Positions 11,051 to 25,284 of a stretch of DNA of 64,000 nucleotides are shown here, one piece after another. Position numbers and translations under genes: made by a program. Within the stretch, counting starts at the first letter, position 1, and every line of letters begins with the position of its first letter. The notes below the pieces were generated by a model that saw nothing but the letters and a program-made list of their open reading frames with translations, was not told the DNA's origin and searched no databases. This DNA comes from Girardia tigrina (Eukaryota): assembly GCA_001938485.1 (NCBI GenBank), contig MQRK01214315.1:19372-83371 (forward strand). The letters are read 5' to 3'.

Positions 11051-13500
11051 TGTAAGGATAAATAACTATATTTATATCTATATTATTTTTACTATACTAA
11101 GATAACATTTACAATATTATAATAATGGATCCAAAATATTCTGAATTAAGTCTCTTGATGATTTTNNNNNNNNNNNNNNNNNNNNNNNNNNNNNNNNNNN
11201 NNNNNNNNNNNNNNNNNNNNNNNNNNNNNNNNNNNNNNNNNNNNNNNNNNNNNNNNNNNNNNNNNNNNNNNNNNNNNNNNNNNNNNNNNNNNNNNNNNNN
11301 NNNNNNNNNNNNNNNNNNNNNNNNNNNNNNNNNNNNNNNNNNNNNNNNNNNNNNNNNNNNNNNNNNNNNNNNNNNNNNNNNNNNNNNNNNNNNNNNNNNN
11401 NNNNNNNNNNNNNNNNNNNNNNNNNNNNNNNNNNNNNNNNNNNNNNNNNNNNNNNNNNNNNNNNNNNNNNNNNNNNNNNNNNNNNNNNNNNNNNNNNNNN
11501 NNNNNNNNNNNNNNNNNNNNNNNNNNNNNNNNNNNNNNNNNNNNNNNNNNNNNNNNNNNNNNNNNNNNNNNNNNNNNNNNNNNNNNNNNNNNNNNNNNNN
11601 NNNNNNNNNNNNNNNNNNNNNNNNNNNNNNNNNNNNNNNNNNNNNNNNNNNNNNNNNNNNNNNNNNNNNNNNNNNNNNNNNNNNNNNNNNNNNNNNNNNN
11701 NNNNNNNNNNNNNNNNNNNNNNNNNNNNNNNNNNNNNNNNNNNNNNNNNNNNNNNNNNNNNNNNNNNNNNNNNNNNNNNNNNNNNNNNNNNNNNNNNNNN
11801 NNNNNNNNNNNNNNNNNNNNNNNNNNNNNNNNNNNNNNNNNNNNNNNNNNNNNNNNNNNNNNNNNNNNNNNNNNNNNNNNNNNNNNNNNNNNNNNNNNNN
11901 NNNNNNNNNNNNNNTTGGGAAAGAATTTATATTAGACACTGATGCTTCTTTTGATACGATAGGAGCAGTGTTATCCCAAAGGAATGAGAAAGGTGAAGAA
12001 CAGGTGATTGCATACGGATCTAAGTCAATGACAGAACATGAAATTGGATATTGCATTACCAGAAAAGAGCTTTTAGCAATTTTTCATTTCACGCAACACT
12101 TTAAGCACTACTTGTATGGCGCAAAATTTAAGTTAAGAACCGATCATAAGGCAATTGAATTTATGATAACGACAAAAAAGCCGATTACCCCTCAGTTTCA
12201 AAATTGGATGAATTTTCTGAGCAGTTTGGATATGATCTTCGTAAAGGAGAATTACACAAAAATGCAGATGCGTTGTCATGGAAAGACTGTATGGTATGTT
12301 CCCAGTGTATGATACAACATGAACAAGCAAAATCGACTAAACCGAGAACGCGAATACTAGCGATGAATGAGGACGCATTGTCAATTCCATGGCAACAAAA
12401 TAGTAAAGAAATCTGTGAAATAATGAAACAAATAGAAGAAGGAAAGGAGACAAAATTTAAGCAAAGCGATAGATGTATAAGAACTTTGGATAACAAGATT
12501 TGGATTCCGAAGGAAAGAACGAATGATTGCATTTTATTTTTCCATAAATTTTTGTGTCATGCGGGAGTTAATAAAACGTGCACATTCATGAGAGAAGAAT
12601 ATGACATGGAGGAGTTTAGAAAAAACGTTGAAAGAATAGTACGAGCATGTGTAACGTGTCAAACATCTAAAACTTATACGGGAATAACAAAAGAAAACAC
12701 GATGAACTTGATTTCAAAACGACCATTCGACGATATTTACATGGATTATTGTGGACCTATGCCAGTCATAAATGGAAAAAAATATATTTTGGGTATAATA
12801 GACAGATTTAGTAGGTATGTTAGTCTCACAGCAGTAAATAACCAAGACGAAATGACAACAATACAGACCATACAACGCCAATGGATATTTAGGTTTGGAG
12901 CTCCTGCATGTATCCACGTGGACCATGGAAAAGTATTCGAATCGCAGGCATTTATGGAATTTGCAAAATCTCGATTGATTAAGATAAACTTCTCAAGTCC
13001 ATACCATCATAGTTCGAATGGAATAATAGAGACAATTTCGATCAGTTCGAGATTCATTAAATGCGACATTAAAAGAGAGAGGAAGTAAAAATTGGGTAGA
13101 GTTACTTCCAGAGATAGAATTTAGTATGAATGCATCGAGACAAAGCACTATTGGATATAGTNNNNNNNNNNNNNNNNNNNNNNNNNNNNNNNNNNNNNNN
13201 NNNNNNNNNNNNNNNNNNNNNNNNNNNNNNNNNNNNNNNNNNNNNNNNNNNNNNNNNNNNNNNNNNNNNNNNNNNNNNNNNNNNNNNNNNNNNNNNNNNN
13301 NNNNNNNNNNNNNNNNNNNNNNNNNNNNNNNNNNNNNNNNNNNNNNNNNNNNNNNNNNNNNNNNNNNNNNNNNNNNNNNNNNNNNNNNNNNNNNNNNNNN
13401 NNNNNNNNNNNNNNNNNNNNNNNNNNNNNNNNNNNNNNNNNNNATTAAGTCTCTTGATGATTTTTGTTTAAATAAACAAAAACGCGCACTTTTTTAAATA
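11051..13500 (+). mobile_element. Ty3/Gypsy LTR retrotransposon, gapped
   Basis: RNase H (FILDTDASF..TDHKA), integrase HHCC/DDE (DYCGP, IIDRFSRY, DHG, SPYHHSSNG); attaagtctcttgatgatttt repeated beside both gaps (LTR-like). Confidence 0.85.
11916..13161 (+). pseudogene. pol: Gypsy pol (RNase H-integrase), frameshifted
   Basis: ORFs 11125-12312 and 12204-13088 are successive frames of one pol. Confidence 0.85.
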
Positions 13501-14314
13501 AGAATAAATTTTGCAATTTATTTTGACTTTTAATTATTGATGGAAAATTCTTACATATATAATTTTACATAATTTTAAAACAAGAAATAATCTTTAAAAA
13601 TAAATCACTTGTTTATTAAAGCAACTTGTTGAATTTTTGATTATAAATATTAAAAATCTGATACTATAAATTTTAATGAATAGTTTGATATATTCTTAAT
13701 CTTTTTATAAATCTATTTGTACTGCTCGTTCGAAGAATTTTCTTGAATGGTATGAATCCGTATTCATCTTTTTTAATTTTTCTAAACAAGATATCAAAAT
13801 GTAAGAGAGCTAATCACTAGCTACTGAAGCAATGGTCGTTTTCAACTTCTTCACTTGTCATATTTTAAATGTGCATAAGACCTATCTATACTAATAACAA
13901 TCTAATTTATAATAATAATTTTGTTTCTCTTAGAATTTTGCATCATGGGAATAAATATTTTATGCTTCACTAATGCCTATCGATTATAAATTGAAAATTT
14001 AGATTTTCCTAGATTATTGTACAAATTCATTGTTTTTCTGATTTATTAAAATGAAAATTCATATATTTTAGAAGTTTATTGATAGTTACAAATCTTTCAT
14101 CAAAATAATTTACTTTTTTTCAAGCTTTTGACTTTCAATTGATACTCTTTCATGAAATATTTCACAATAAGTTTACTTTAATTGTTTAAGGATGCTGGAA
14201 CACAATATAAATATATAAATGAGTCACAAAATGATGCATAGTGAAAATATTAACATAAAAATCAATAACTTTTATAGAGCTTCTTTAAAAAAGTAACTAT
14301 TTCAATAAAAATTA

Positions 14315-14522
14315 CCATATTTTCCGTGTAGAAGATCCCCATTATTTTTGGGTGTGCATTTTTGGAAAGAAGTCCAAAAAGTAACTTAATTCATTCCAGA
14401 AAATAAATTGAAATCTTTTGTGTTAGAGAAATATTTCAAATATTTACTAATTTTCGAAAAGTAGCGTTAAATGTTTATTAAATTTTGACAAAAAAGGGGG
14501 TCTTATACACGGAAAAATAAGG
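14315..14522. mobile_element. pogo-type MITE
   Basis: TIR CCATATTTTCCGTGTAGAAGA.CCCC / GGGGTCTTATACACGGAAAAATAAGG flanked by TA. Confidence 0.75.
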
Positions 14523-14762
14523 TAAGTCGTTGTAAAACTTAGTCAAAGTTTTTAGCTAAGGAATGAAAAGAATTTAAAATGATATTTTTTCAATATTTTT
14601 ATAACAATACAATATAAAACACGAATAGGAATATTTTTGAGAATCAAGATTGTCACTATGTGATTTTCTATGCATCTGAATGGGTGACCGATTATATGTA
14701 AGCATAGAAAATCTGTTTTTTGTTTAATTTGTGTGATTTGTTTAAATGTAAAAATTGAATTA

Positions 14763-15537
14763 GGGGCCATCCATTTATTACACACGCAAAAAGTTAATAT
14801 TTTAACACCCTCCTCCTCCCCCCCATTGCACCCTGTACATTTTGAACTACCATAAGCACATACAAATTGAATCTCGAACCACCATTTTTATAAAATATTA
14901 TAAAGCTTCGTTGTTGTACAATATATGTTAATGTAAGATCTACTATATTAATTATGATTCTAATTTTTATAATATGTTTATATTTAGTTGGTTAGCTATT
15001 TTTATTTTCAATTATACATAAAAATGATTAACTATAATGTAAAAATTAGGCATATAAAGCTGTAAAAATGGTAATTTGGCATCTTGGACATAAAATTAAA
15101 GTGTAAAATTTGGACATCCAAAGTTAATTTGATAACCACTTAAGATTTTTATACAATGTTCTAAATTTCTTCCAACAAACACTGTATCATAACAAATGCT
15201 GGCTGTGTGCCTTATATGCAAAATCCCCTATATTATTAGAGTAAAGCGAAAAGGAACAGAACAACAACAATATGCGTCAGGGAATCTTACAATTCCAACT
15301 CTATATTTTTACACAAACATTTAATTCTTTATTAGATTTTATATTCCACCTTTGTTGATAGAATGATGGTGTGTTCACAGAGCAGAAAAATAAAAAAGAT
15401 GTTTTTAAGAAAACCAATGCATGATTACATATTTAATAATTACCTATCCCCATTATCAAACGCACCCATACGCAAAATCTTTTAAATTTAAACACCCCCC
15501 CTCCCCCTTCAGTGCATACAATTTTATGGATGGTCCC
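14763..15537. mobile_element. PIF/Harbinger-type non-autonomous element
   Basis: TIR GGGGCCATCCAT / ATGGATGGTCCC, 3-bp TTA TSD on both sides, C-rich subterminal tracts. Confidence 0.7.
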
Positions 15538-17180
15538 TTAAACTAATATACGTGACTGTTTGTCACAATTTCAAGTTTCAATATTTTAGTGATTTAAAAA
15601 AAATGTCTGCGATTAAAATCACAGTTCAATTTGATGTTAGAGTAAAAAGTTTGGTCACTTATCTCTTTTTGGTAATGGAAAATTCGATAACTAAAATGGC
15701 TGCAGTCATTTTTAACGATGATAACTTAAATTAATTATAATTCTGTTTAAAAGTCATAAAAGATATAATTTTCAAATCATATGATTATTTCAAAGTGTTT
15801 GTTGGGAATTCAATTAATCTGAAATATATTCAAGCAATACTTTATCAAAATCGAGAAAAAATTATTCATTTTATAGGACACGACTGTGGAATCCGCAGTC
15901 TTAGGATTCCGCACTCTAACATATATTTAGAAAAATTTAGGACGAAGATAAATAGTGAAGCTAAAAAATTGTAAACTTTAATTAATTTATAGTGGACATT
16001 TGAAAAATGCTTAGAGATGTTCTTTGAGACAATCTGATACAGTTTGGTATACCTCATTAGATGCTAGAATTGAAAGAACCGTTCCACAAAATTTCAGAAT
16101 TTCCGTTAGAAAAAAGAATTTCAAAAATATAGTGGTGCCAAAAAATTTTGGTAATAGGATAGTAAATTGTAAAAAAATTTATTCAGTCCTAATCTTTGAT
16201 AAAATGTTAAAGAATGTTATCCGTACATAGCATTCTTAGGTGTGTTTTAGCAACGAACGGGAGATAGGTCCAAAAACGATCTATGTATCACTGATATCAA
16301 CGTTGGTCATGCTTTAGGCAAATTGAATATACATTTGAAAATATCTTTGAGGAATTTGGACTCAAGATTGCTGCCAATTAAACCAGAGTTACTTAACTTT
16401 CTAACTTTCGAAAATTTTCGGCGTCATTATTCATGTAAATGTGGAGTGAATGTGGCGTAAAATTTGTCTTGTAAAAGGAAACATTAAATAAATGTTTAAA
16501 AATTCAGTTGAAAATATATATTATTTCTTAGATTTGCATTTTCGAAAGCAGAGGAATAATTAATTATGCATCAATAATTTTTTTTAACAAAAATCGAAAA
16601 ACTATTTCTTGCTAGAAAATATTTTTTGGGAGATATCTCCCTAGTAATTAACTCAAGTAAATCAAAATAAAAAATATCATATCTGTCAATTTTTTTTCAT
16701 AGTAATTTGCGGTGTTCATAGAGGATCAAAGAGAAACAATATAAAAAATCAGATCATATTTCATATAACATAGGATTATTGGTGAACCTTATTCTTTTAT
16801 AGAAAGTCAAATATCAATCTGTTGAATGGGAAAAATTCTGTTGTTGAAATTATAAATGAGACATAATATAAAATAAAATTCTAAAATATTTAACAGAAAA
16901 ATATTAAACTAAAGTATTTATTTACCTTTGTTTTTTCCATATTGCCAGTCAATGTTTTGAATTCAAAAGTTGAAAAAAATCTTGGATCAACTTTGATCAT
17001 AAAAATGATACTTATATTAAAATGGATCTCAAACTAATAGATTCATATATTGCATGATAGTTAAAATTTAAGAGGAATTGTAATAGATAAAATGGGGTAT
17101 GGATTCTCATAGTTTATGATAGAATAATTATTATATTTTTCCATGCTTTATATTAGCTTGCTTTATATATATATATATAT

Positions 17181-18215
17181 TAGGGTGGTAGCCAAAAATA
17201 AAATTATCAGATAATGAATGCGACAACCCTAGGTAATGTTCCTTTTGATCATACAGACTACTGTGCAAAATATATTAAAAATATTTCAACATTAAAAGGT
17301 GCTACATGGCAACACAAATTCATACTACATTCATACTAGCACAGCCACCAAGCCAAAATAGCATTCCGTCTTCTGATATCAGTTAAAATATATTAATCAA
17401 TAAAAAATCTATTTGGTTTTAGCTTTAAATACTAAATATTAAAAAATATGTATTGTGTTTAAGAAAACCTTAACCTAACTGGCTAGAACCAACCCTAACT
17501 CTTGGTAACGAAGAAAATTATCCAAACTTTGATATTCATTACATTAGAAGTTTCGCCAGTTACCCATCTTGATTTTATTTACAAAATTATTTATCATTTT
17601 TTTGCAGAATGGCATGTTCAAAGCCTTCAACTAGATCTGATACAGAGATTTATCTAGTTGGATTTACCATTAATTCCATTCTCGGGAAAGGCTTTCATCA
17701 AAAAAAGAGACTCTACAGTATTTTTTCATAAGTTAAAGATCTATCACAAAACTGTTAGTGAGAACGCACGCATAACTATTGAAACAGTTTCAGATTATTG
17801 AACTGAAGCTCACTTGCCATTAACGACAATGCAACATGCAATAGGGAGACTTGAGAAAATGAAATATGAGTTGAGAAATTTACAGAAAGCAGCAAAGACA
17901 GGTGGTGCTACATAGAAAGCTAAAGAGAAATCATTTGTTAAATCCCTAGAAAAAACATTTACATTTAACATTCTGAGTCCGAGATTTTAATTCAAAATCT
18001 GATAGACAAAGCATTTCTTCATGCTCACCTAGGACATGGTCGTAGTACAAGTTTGATGTCACAAGTTGACAATAATTTGGCAATCAAGTTGCAGAGGAAA
18101 AAACAGAGAGAAGATGTAATAATGTCCACAGCTGAGCGAAAAAAGTGACGAAGATTACAAGTACGGTAAATAGTGAAGTAGCAGTTGAGCACTTGATTCA
18201 GAATCTGCAGGAAAT
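17181..18215 (+). mobile_element. hATm-like transposon, 5' fragment
   Basis: TAGGGTGG terminus right after (TA)n; degraded ORF from ~17609 MACSKPSTRSDTEIYLVGF..KTVSENARITIETV..HLPLTTMQHAIGRLEK, typical of hATm N-termini. Confidence 0.6.
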
Positions 18216-20099
18216 ACTTATAGTAATAGACTTTGACTCATTATTACTGTTTTCGACATATACCTTGACAAAAATCTATCATGAACCCTTGAAAACGGTT
18301 TTAGTGATGGATTGATCAGAAATTCTTGTTGTAGATCATTTGACATGGTTTCGTGTCTGAGTAGAAGAGAGAGTCTGAAGTGTCTTGATCGAGTTACGTG
18401 GGTCATTTGTGCAATGTATCTAGCATTTTTTTCACAATAAAAAGTTGGAATCTGATTTCCTTATAGCACTAATAGTTGATTTTAATATGCATATCTTACT
18501 GTTTAGATATTCTGTTGAAAACACATTGATATTATTAGACATATTTGTCAAAAACTTATTGCAATTTCCATAGCCAGAGTGGTTCAAACGAAAAGAAGTA
18601 CTTTTGGCTTCTGCTGTTGAGAAACTGGATTGTTAGTTTTTATAACTTTGTCTGTTTGAAACTGTTATGATATTATCACTTTTTCATAATGTCTACACCA
18701 AGTGTGATATCATCAGAAACATTTTCCTCTAACAAATCTCTTAAATGAGAAGGAAACATAGAAACATCACTTATACAATCACATCATTATGGTATTGACA
18801 TTGTTCTGAATAGAGATCAGTAATACTAGGTTCATAGTAATTAGCATTTTTTCATTATACGGATGCGTATTTTCGAGATATGATATAGAAATCAATGTTT
18901 CATTTAGGTGTACTTCATTGATTTAACTGTTTTTATCGATCAATGTTTGTTTGTTTACATCACTAAATTGCACATGAAAGTAAACACTCTACTACCTTAT
19001 TGCACACGATCCTAATGAGATCGTATTTTTCCCAGCAGTTCGAAAAGTTGATCCGCCTGCTGAGTTCCAGTCAAGTCCTTGGTTAACACATCCCAACAGG
19101 CCGTAATCGATTCACATATTTATCATCAGAGAATTTATACCTTTCATTCATTCTCGAGATAATTCCAATATAACTCCTCCCAGGGTGGATCGAAAAGCTA
19201 TATAAAGCGTTTGTTTTGAGAATAAATTTAGTAAAAACTGACCATTTTTCATTATATATACACACATATACAATCATATCACATAATTTAGTTTGTGTAT
19301 TAACTTTTAATTAAAAAAATAGCAATTAACCCCTGCAACCATGATCAATAAAACCCTCACTGATTGTCCACCAACAGCTAAACATTTTCAATCTGTTGAA
19401 ATAAAAACAAATGTTTTCCATCAGTTTTGCATCGATCAATTGGCTGTGGTCAATATTAAGACTGGATAAGATCATATTCGATTTGAGGATTTTAAAAACA
19501 GAAATATACTCGAAATTACAATAAATAAATTTCGACGAAGACATAGAGTAAGTATTCATTGATGTTCCCATTCAATTGCGAAAAAATAAACCCGTAATCT
19601 TGACAATATGAATTATAATAAATTTAGGCCTCTCAAAAATGTACAAATTTAGTTTTTGCTTTTTAACACAACATCTCTTATATCGAAGTTTGATGATTGC
19701 ATTATTCATGTCTTTAAGTATTAGTGCCATACATCAGTAAGAATGTGAATTTTTTACGTGATGGATGTTATTGCGATTGATTTGACTCAAGAAGTCGATG
19801 AAAAGGATAAAAAGTGTTTCAACTTGTATCTCGCACCCCAAATAATAATTGCTTTCGGAAGGCTGTTTTTTTACCTTAAGTTGAACTTGAAAATGAGTGT
19901 CAGGGAATTGAGTACACTGCAAATGATAGTTTGCGAAGGTCATCACACAAAGGTATTTCTATTGGTGCCATCTTTAATTTCTAGTTATTTGTCCTAACAG
20001 CTAAGTATACAGTAAAGTGAGCTTTTTAATGGCAGTTAAGACTTTTCTACACATTTTTTTCCAAAAGACAAACCCTGAAAGGCGCTTCTTTCATATTAT

Positions 20100-20750
20100 T
20101 AATGATAGAACAGTTAATTTTTTTCTTACTTACTGAGAGCACTGAAGAAGGAGATAAAAGATAAGTCCGAAACAATATCAGAAAGTTCGAGACAGATTTT
20201 TGATAACGTTTGTCAGGTGTATTCAGAAGAAGTTGCCACAAGAATTTCTTTACCAATGGTTACCCGGGAAATGACCAAAAGAAAACATCTTGTCTTCCCT
20301 AAGATTCCAGAAGATATGTCTGGTTATGTTAAATCCATAACTGAAAATACAATACTTAACAAAAATTATAATGGACAAATATTTGATAGCGATGAAGTCA
20401 TTGGAATCTATTTCTTTTGAAATGAGATGGTTGATAGTCTCTCAAATTTTGATAGCATCTGTTATTGTGCCAAAAATATTGTCTCAGATGTTCATTATTT
20501 CAGTTCGACATGGTCAAAGAATGTTGCCACCATTTTTTGTCTTGATGAAATCTAGGCAATATCAACATTACAAGTTGTTATTCAGAAAATAAAAGATGTG
20601 GTACTTCAATTTTTGCCTACATTTGCAATTGGTGACTTTGAAAAAAGCTCTAATCAGAGCATTTCATGAAATATTTTCACAGATTACCTGTCAAGGCTGC
20701 TTTTTTCATTTTAAGCAGGCCATTGTAAGGAAACTTGGCGAAGGTCGTTC
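20100..20750 (+). pseudogene. Mutator (MULE) transposase remnant
   Basis: PKILSQMFII..PPFFVLMK..Y.LLF, GDFEKALIRAF, and GCFFHFKQAIVRK (MULE CxxH motif) across frameshifts. Confidence 0.8.
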
Positions 20751-21195
20751 AAGTTATATTCAATTGTTGTTTAGTCTATGCATTATTTGTGTATATTTTT
20801 AATATTTCCTAATTAATTTTGTTGTAAAAATAGAATTAAATTATTATTAAAATTATTAATCACTTTAACAGCAATTATTTATTTTATTTATTTGTGTAAT
20901 TTGAATGATCAATTTACCTTTTTCTACAATTTGACTTTAATTTTTTACAATTTTTAATTAATTAATTTTTTCTACAATATCGGGTTTCATTAACAATAAC
21001 TAAAATAATATCAGCATTAGTGAAATTAGTTCACTAACGAAATTAGTTCTGAAACCCAATTTAACTACTAATAGATAAACGACGTCCTCGAATATTCAGT
21101 GTTCACAAACTTTCCGTTATAATAAACGGTATAGAGTTTAAAAAATATCATAAATGTATAATCATTCAATATCAGATAATATTATTCCTTTTTAG

Positions 21196-21359
21196 AAGTG
21201 CACAGTCTTTGTGCATCGAAAGAACGATTGGATTTCTCGAAATGTTATCTTTCAAACCGAAGATTATTGTTGCTACCTGGCAGCCGACATTCGTAATCTG
21301 TGCAACGTATCATCCCAAGAAGGATTTCTATTCATTTGTCACACCATGCTTGACTTAGG
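21196..21359 (+). CDS. Candidate internal host exon, possibly Ras-association-domain-like
   Basis: Polypyrimidine-TTTAG acceptor, GTAAGT donor, stop-free KCTVFVHRKNDWISRNVIFQTEDYCCYLAADIRNLCNVSSQEGFLFICHTMLDL. Confidence 0.45.
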
Positions 21360-22289
21360 GTAAGTTCGCTAGCTAAAGTATTCAAAAATTTAAATACAAA
21401 CTTGTTAATACACAAAATTAGATATTTATTTAAATAATTAATAAACGTTTTTGCAATTACGTACGTTTTTAATATTTAATTAGAAAAACTGATTAATAAC
21501 TTTTTAATGAATAAAAGCGACATCTATTTATATATTAACAAAATAACGCCCTCAACAGTTTATCAATTGTTATTCCAGCGAGATATGAACCAAATAAATA
21601 AACTCGCACAAAATGGAACTAATCCTCATACATGTTAATTATATTATTCAAGATTAACTGGAAAAATAATCATAGAGCAATCTATCCATTATTTATTGAT
21701 ACAAAACTTGGTACAATAAAACAAAGAAATACAATATTTATTTTTTTTATAATTCCTACTTTTCCTAATAACAGTGTCCAGTTTAATTAGGAAATATTAT
21801 TGAATTGTAGGACAATTAGATTTGTGTTGGGAATTCAGGGCACCAAATGTAGAAATTACACTGGACTACGATTTTCATATGTTACAGTACTTGATATAGG
21901 GAACGACAGTCTGGAGGATGTTCTCCTTGGGGATTAAAATCAATTTTGGAGAAAATGCGAAATATTCAAATAAATTATTAGTAAAATATAAAAAAAACTC
22001 TTTAAATGTTTTTTGGAAAATAAACCTTTTTCTACTTAGGACATCATCACCTCTGCTTTTGGGTATTTATAAGAATAATTCGGAATCAGTTCAAACATAA
22101 AAGAAATTTAAGAAAAATTGTAAAATTTTAAAATTGTAAAAAGTTCAAATTATATAATCAAAAACGCCATTTGAGTCTGAAAAATTATTAATTACAAATT
22201 TTCCTTTTTTCGAGATAAAAATAATTTTTAAAATTACTGCATGGTATTTTAAAATCGTTTATCGTCACATGTGACCTACAAACTTTCAT

Positions 22290-22990
22290 ATATCAAGCAA
22301 TATTGCAACCATTTCTAAATCGTCTGTCCTCCTCAATCAGCTTACAGATATGGTAAGAAGTCTCTGAAATGTATGGGACATTACACCAATTACAAGAAAA
22401 CTGATTAACAAGATTGGAGCACAAACTCAAAGGAGTTGGAGTTTTATTACTAAACATACTATGAATTTTGTGAGATTTCGACATGATTTTTAAATATAAG
22501 GTTTTATGATTAATTGATTTTAAAATACTTGATTTAAAATTTTTAAAATCCTTTAAATAGTATCTTCAATACTGAATCTCTATTAAATACTTTGTCGAGC
22601 TTTAATTTATCTTTCCCTTGAATTCTTTATTCATTTATTTGTCTAATCAGATAAAATTATCTTTCTTAAATTTAAAATAGTATTTTCTATGTTAAAATTC
22701 CAAGTAATTCTCTTAAATTATTAAGTTTCTTATTTTGTGTAGTATTCTTATCTTTAATAACGTTGAAATGAAAATGATTTGAAAAAGCCCTACATAACTG
22801 AATGTAATGGTCATCACTTACGTTTCTAAGAGCAGCCTCAACTATTGCGAATTCTTTCATCAAATGACTTATCCGATTCTTTTCTTTCTCGATCATTCTT
22901 TTCAACACTTTCCTGTGAATTATTTTAATATGTTCTGTGTTAGAAAAGCTGTTTGCAGCGCATACCTCATCAAAATTGGAGTCCATAAAT
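22290..22990 (-). mobile_element. Penelope-like remnant (N-terminus plus GIY-YIG, RT missing)
   Basis: TPLSLCSNLVNQFSCNWCNVPYISET matches the PLE VY..C..C..YIG motif; N-terminal ORF 22687-22986 lies only ~200 bp upstream. Confidence 0.7.
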
Positions 22991-24846
22991 AAAATTTATT
23001 CTATTAAAACAATGTGCTTTTTTAAATTTTTGAATATTTAAACAAAGTTTCTTTTTTTAGGAGTTTTTATTTTACAATTTTTAATAATTTAACCGTATTA
23101 TAAATATGTATATAATAAATATATATATATATATATATAGAATTTTAATAAGCATGTTTTTAATGTGTATTTATTGTTTTTTTTGTAATTATGACTTTAA
23201 AATATATTGAAATTAAAATATCTATATTAAAATATAGCTACTATTCCTTACATTCTGAAAACAGACAGACGTGTAATTTTTATTTGAAGATGAATGATGG
23301 TGAAGTTTCGAGAAAACGGATGTCTGCTTGTTTTCTTTTCAGAGAATTATCCAACTTCAAATACCTTATGCCTGCATTATTGAATATTAATTATTGTTTT
23401 TTTGTTTGTTTGAATTACATGTAGAATCGCGAGATCTTCGAAAATTTTATAAGATTTTAGAATTTGTAAATAAAATGTATAATAAAGTTTGTAAGTTGTT
23501 TGGATTTTTCTTGATTATTATATGAATGACACAGATAGGAAAATATGCCTATACTTTTAAACTCTAGGAGATCGTTGGTATTGCGAAAAGTCAGTGCATA
23601 ATTAAGAAAATACTAAGACGTGTGATATTAAAGAACAACAAAAAATTAAGCATTTTACACATAAGTTTACCACAGAAGTAATCATGATAACAAAAATTGT
23701 GTCGGATTTGGAATCTTTTCAAAATGCCATACCAGAGCATGAGAATCGGCCCTCATCAGAGACAACAATGATTATTGAACCAAAAGCTTCTGTTGATCGA
23801 TTTCCTGCAGTACTTCGATTATTCGTTTTTTATTCATATGTTTCAATGTAAGTTCCACTTTTATACTTTAGAAAAACTACAACTTAATAAGATTTTTCGA
23901 ACTTTTCTTAAACGGTGACTCATTTCGAAAATGTAAAAAATCTTGTGACTTCCCAAATTTTACTGGAAAAGGTAAAAATTGATGTCAAAAATTCAATGTT
24001 CACTAAAAAGATCCAGCAAATATTAGTTTTCAAAGGCTATTTCCAGATTTTTGAAATAAATAAATTCGAAAAATTTTGGTAAAAAGTTTTGTAGGAAAGT
24101 AATTTTACTCTAAGCATTTTCAAAGCTTCATATTTATCAAAAATGACCATTAAGCCATACGGATCAGATTGAGAACTCTAATGACCATTGCTTAGTTCAT
24201 GACTTACTTAACAATACTCCAATAATTATCCTTTTATAATTACAATAAAAAATGCTGATACCTGAAAATCCATGTTATATCCCTTCTTACCCTCTCTATG
24301 ACACTTCACCATATGATCCATAATTCAAATACTTATTCAAAACTTATTAAGTTCGAAATGACGTACTTTTAAATGTGTTACAAATGTTAGAAACGTAATT
24401 TGTTTAAAGGTCGAATTTATTTTTTCTTCAAAGAACAATTTAAAATGGTCCTATTATATTTTATTGACCAAATTGTCATTAAATGTTGTATCAAATTGTA
24501 AGTTATAAATGTATAACAAATTATAGAAAGGAAAGTAAATGCTTTAAAGACTTGGAGAATTATTTATAGAATTGGTCGTCAGTAACGTCTATTTCCGTTT
24601 TTATAATTCCAAAATTGGATTTAAAAGAATAATCTAAAGACCATTTACTAAACACAACCTTTAAACACTTATTGTTACTTCTTTTCCTATTCAAATAATT
24701 ATTTTGCTGATATCTAATATTAAAAGAATACTTGAATCTTTATTTAAAAAAGCTTTTTAATTTTAAAAATATTTTTTATTTATTGTCAAAATTCTAATTT
24801 TATTTTATTTTAAAACTTTTATTTTTCATTCTCATGGTTTTAATTT

Positions 24847-25284
24847 TGTGAGGAATATTTTGAATGTTTGATGTTTTGTGTTTGAATGTTGTATGTTGAT
24901 TTGGAAATGTGTCTCTCCTACCCAGATGGATGATTATTATTTGAATTCTTATTATCTAAAAATATCTTATGTTTAAATTTATTTTTAAATTCAAATAATG
25001 ATAAAATTTTAAATAAGTTAATTAATTTTTATAATTTCTAATAAATAAATCAAATTAATATTTTTTAAATAATTAATAATCTTTTTAATTTTTATCCAAT
25101 AAGTTTTGAGTAAATATTTTAATAAATTATTTATGTCTCCGTTTGATTAAAATAATAAGAATTAATTCATTAATTAATTTAGTTTAGAATGTAATTATAC
25201 GAAAGTTTGACAAAGATTGTCTTAAGGACAATCCAAATTGTTTGGTAAATAAAAATATGAAAAGTCAAATCTGTGTTCTTAATA
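24847..25284 (+). repeat. 5' LTR
   Basis: Near-identical to 29478-29882; TG...TA ends; PBS immediately downstream. Confidence 0.9.

Noticed and set aside
11109-12056. Long ORFs spanning N runs (also 50302-51283 and 13126-13497)
   Set aside because: Lengths are artefacts of assembly gaps.
16200-16460. Glycosyltransferase-like fragment (YPY..DINVGHAL)
   Set aside because: Too short and interrupted by stops to support.
18217-19950. Coding-like minus-strand fragments
   Set aside because: No recognisable motif or consistent exon chain.
23280-23330. Further hammerhead candidates (also ~41395 and ~46555)
   Set aside because: Core nucleotides or stem II are missing; at most decayed relics.
2650-23850. 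Possible TAA reassignment, since several exon-like segments carry single in-frame TAA
   Set aside because: TAA terminates transposase ORFs normally (e.g. the mariner at ~51333), and TAG/TGA disruptions also occur; decay in AT-rich DNA explains it.
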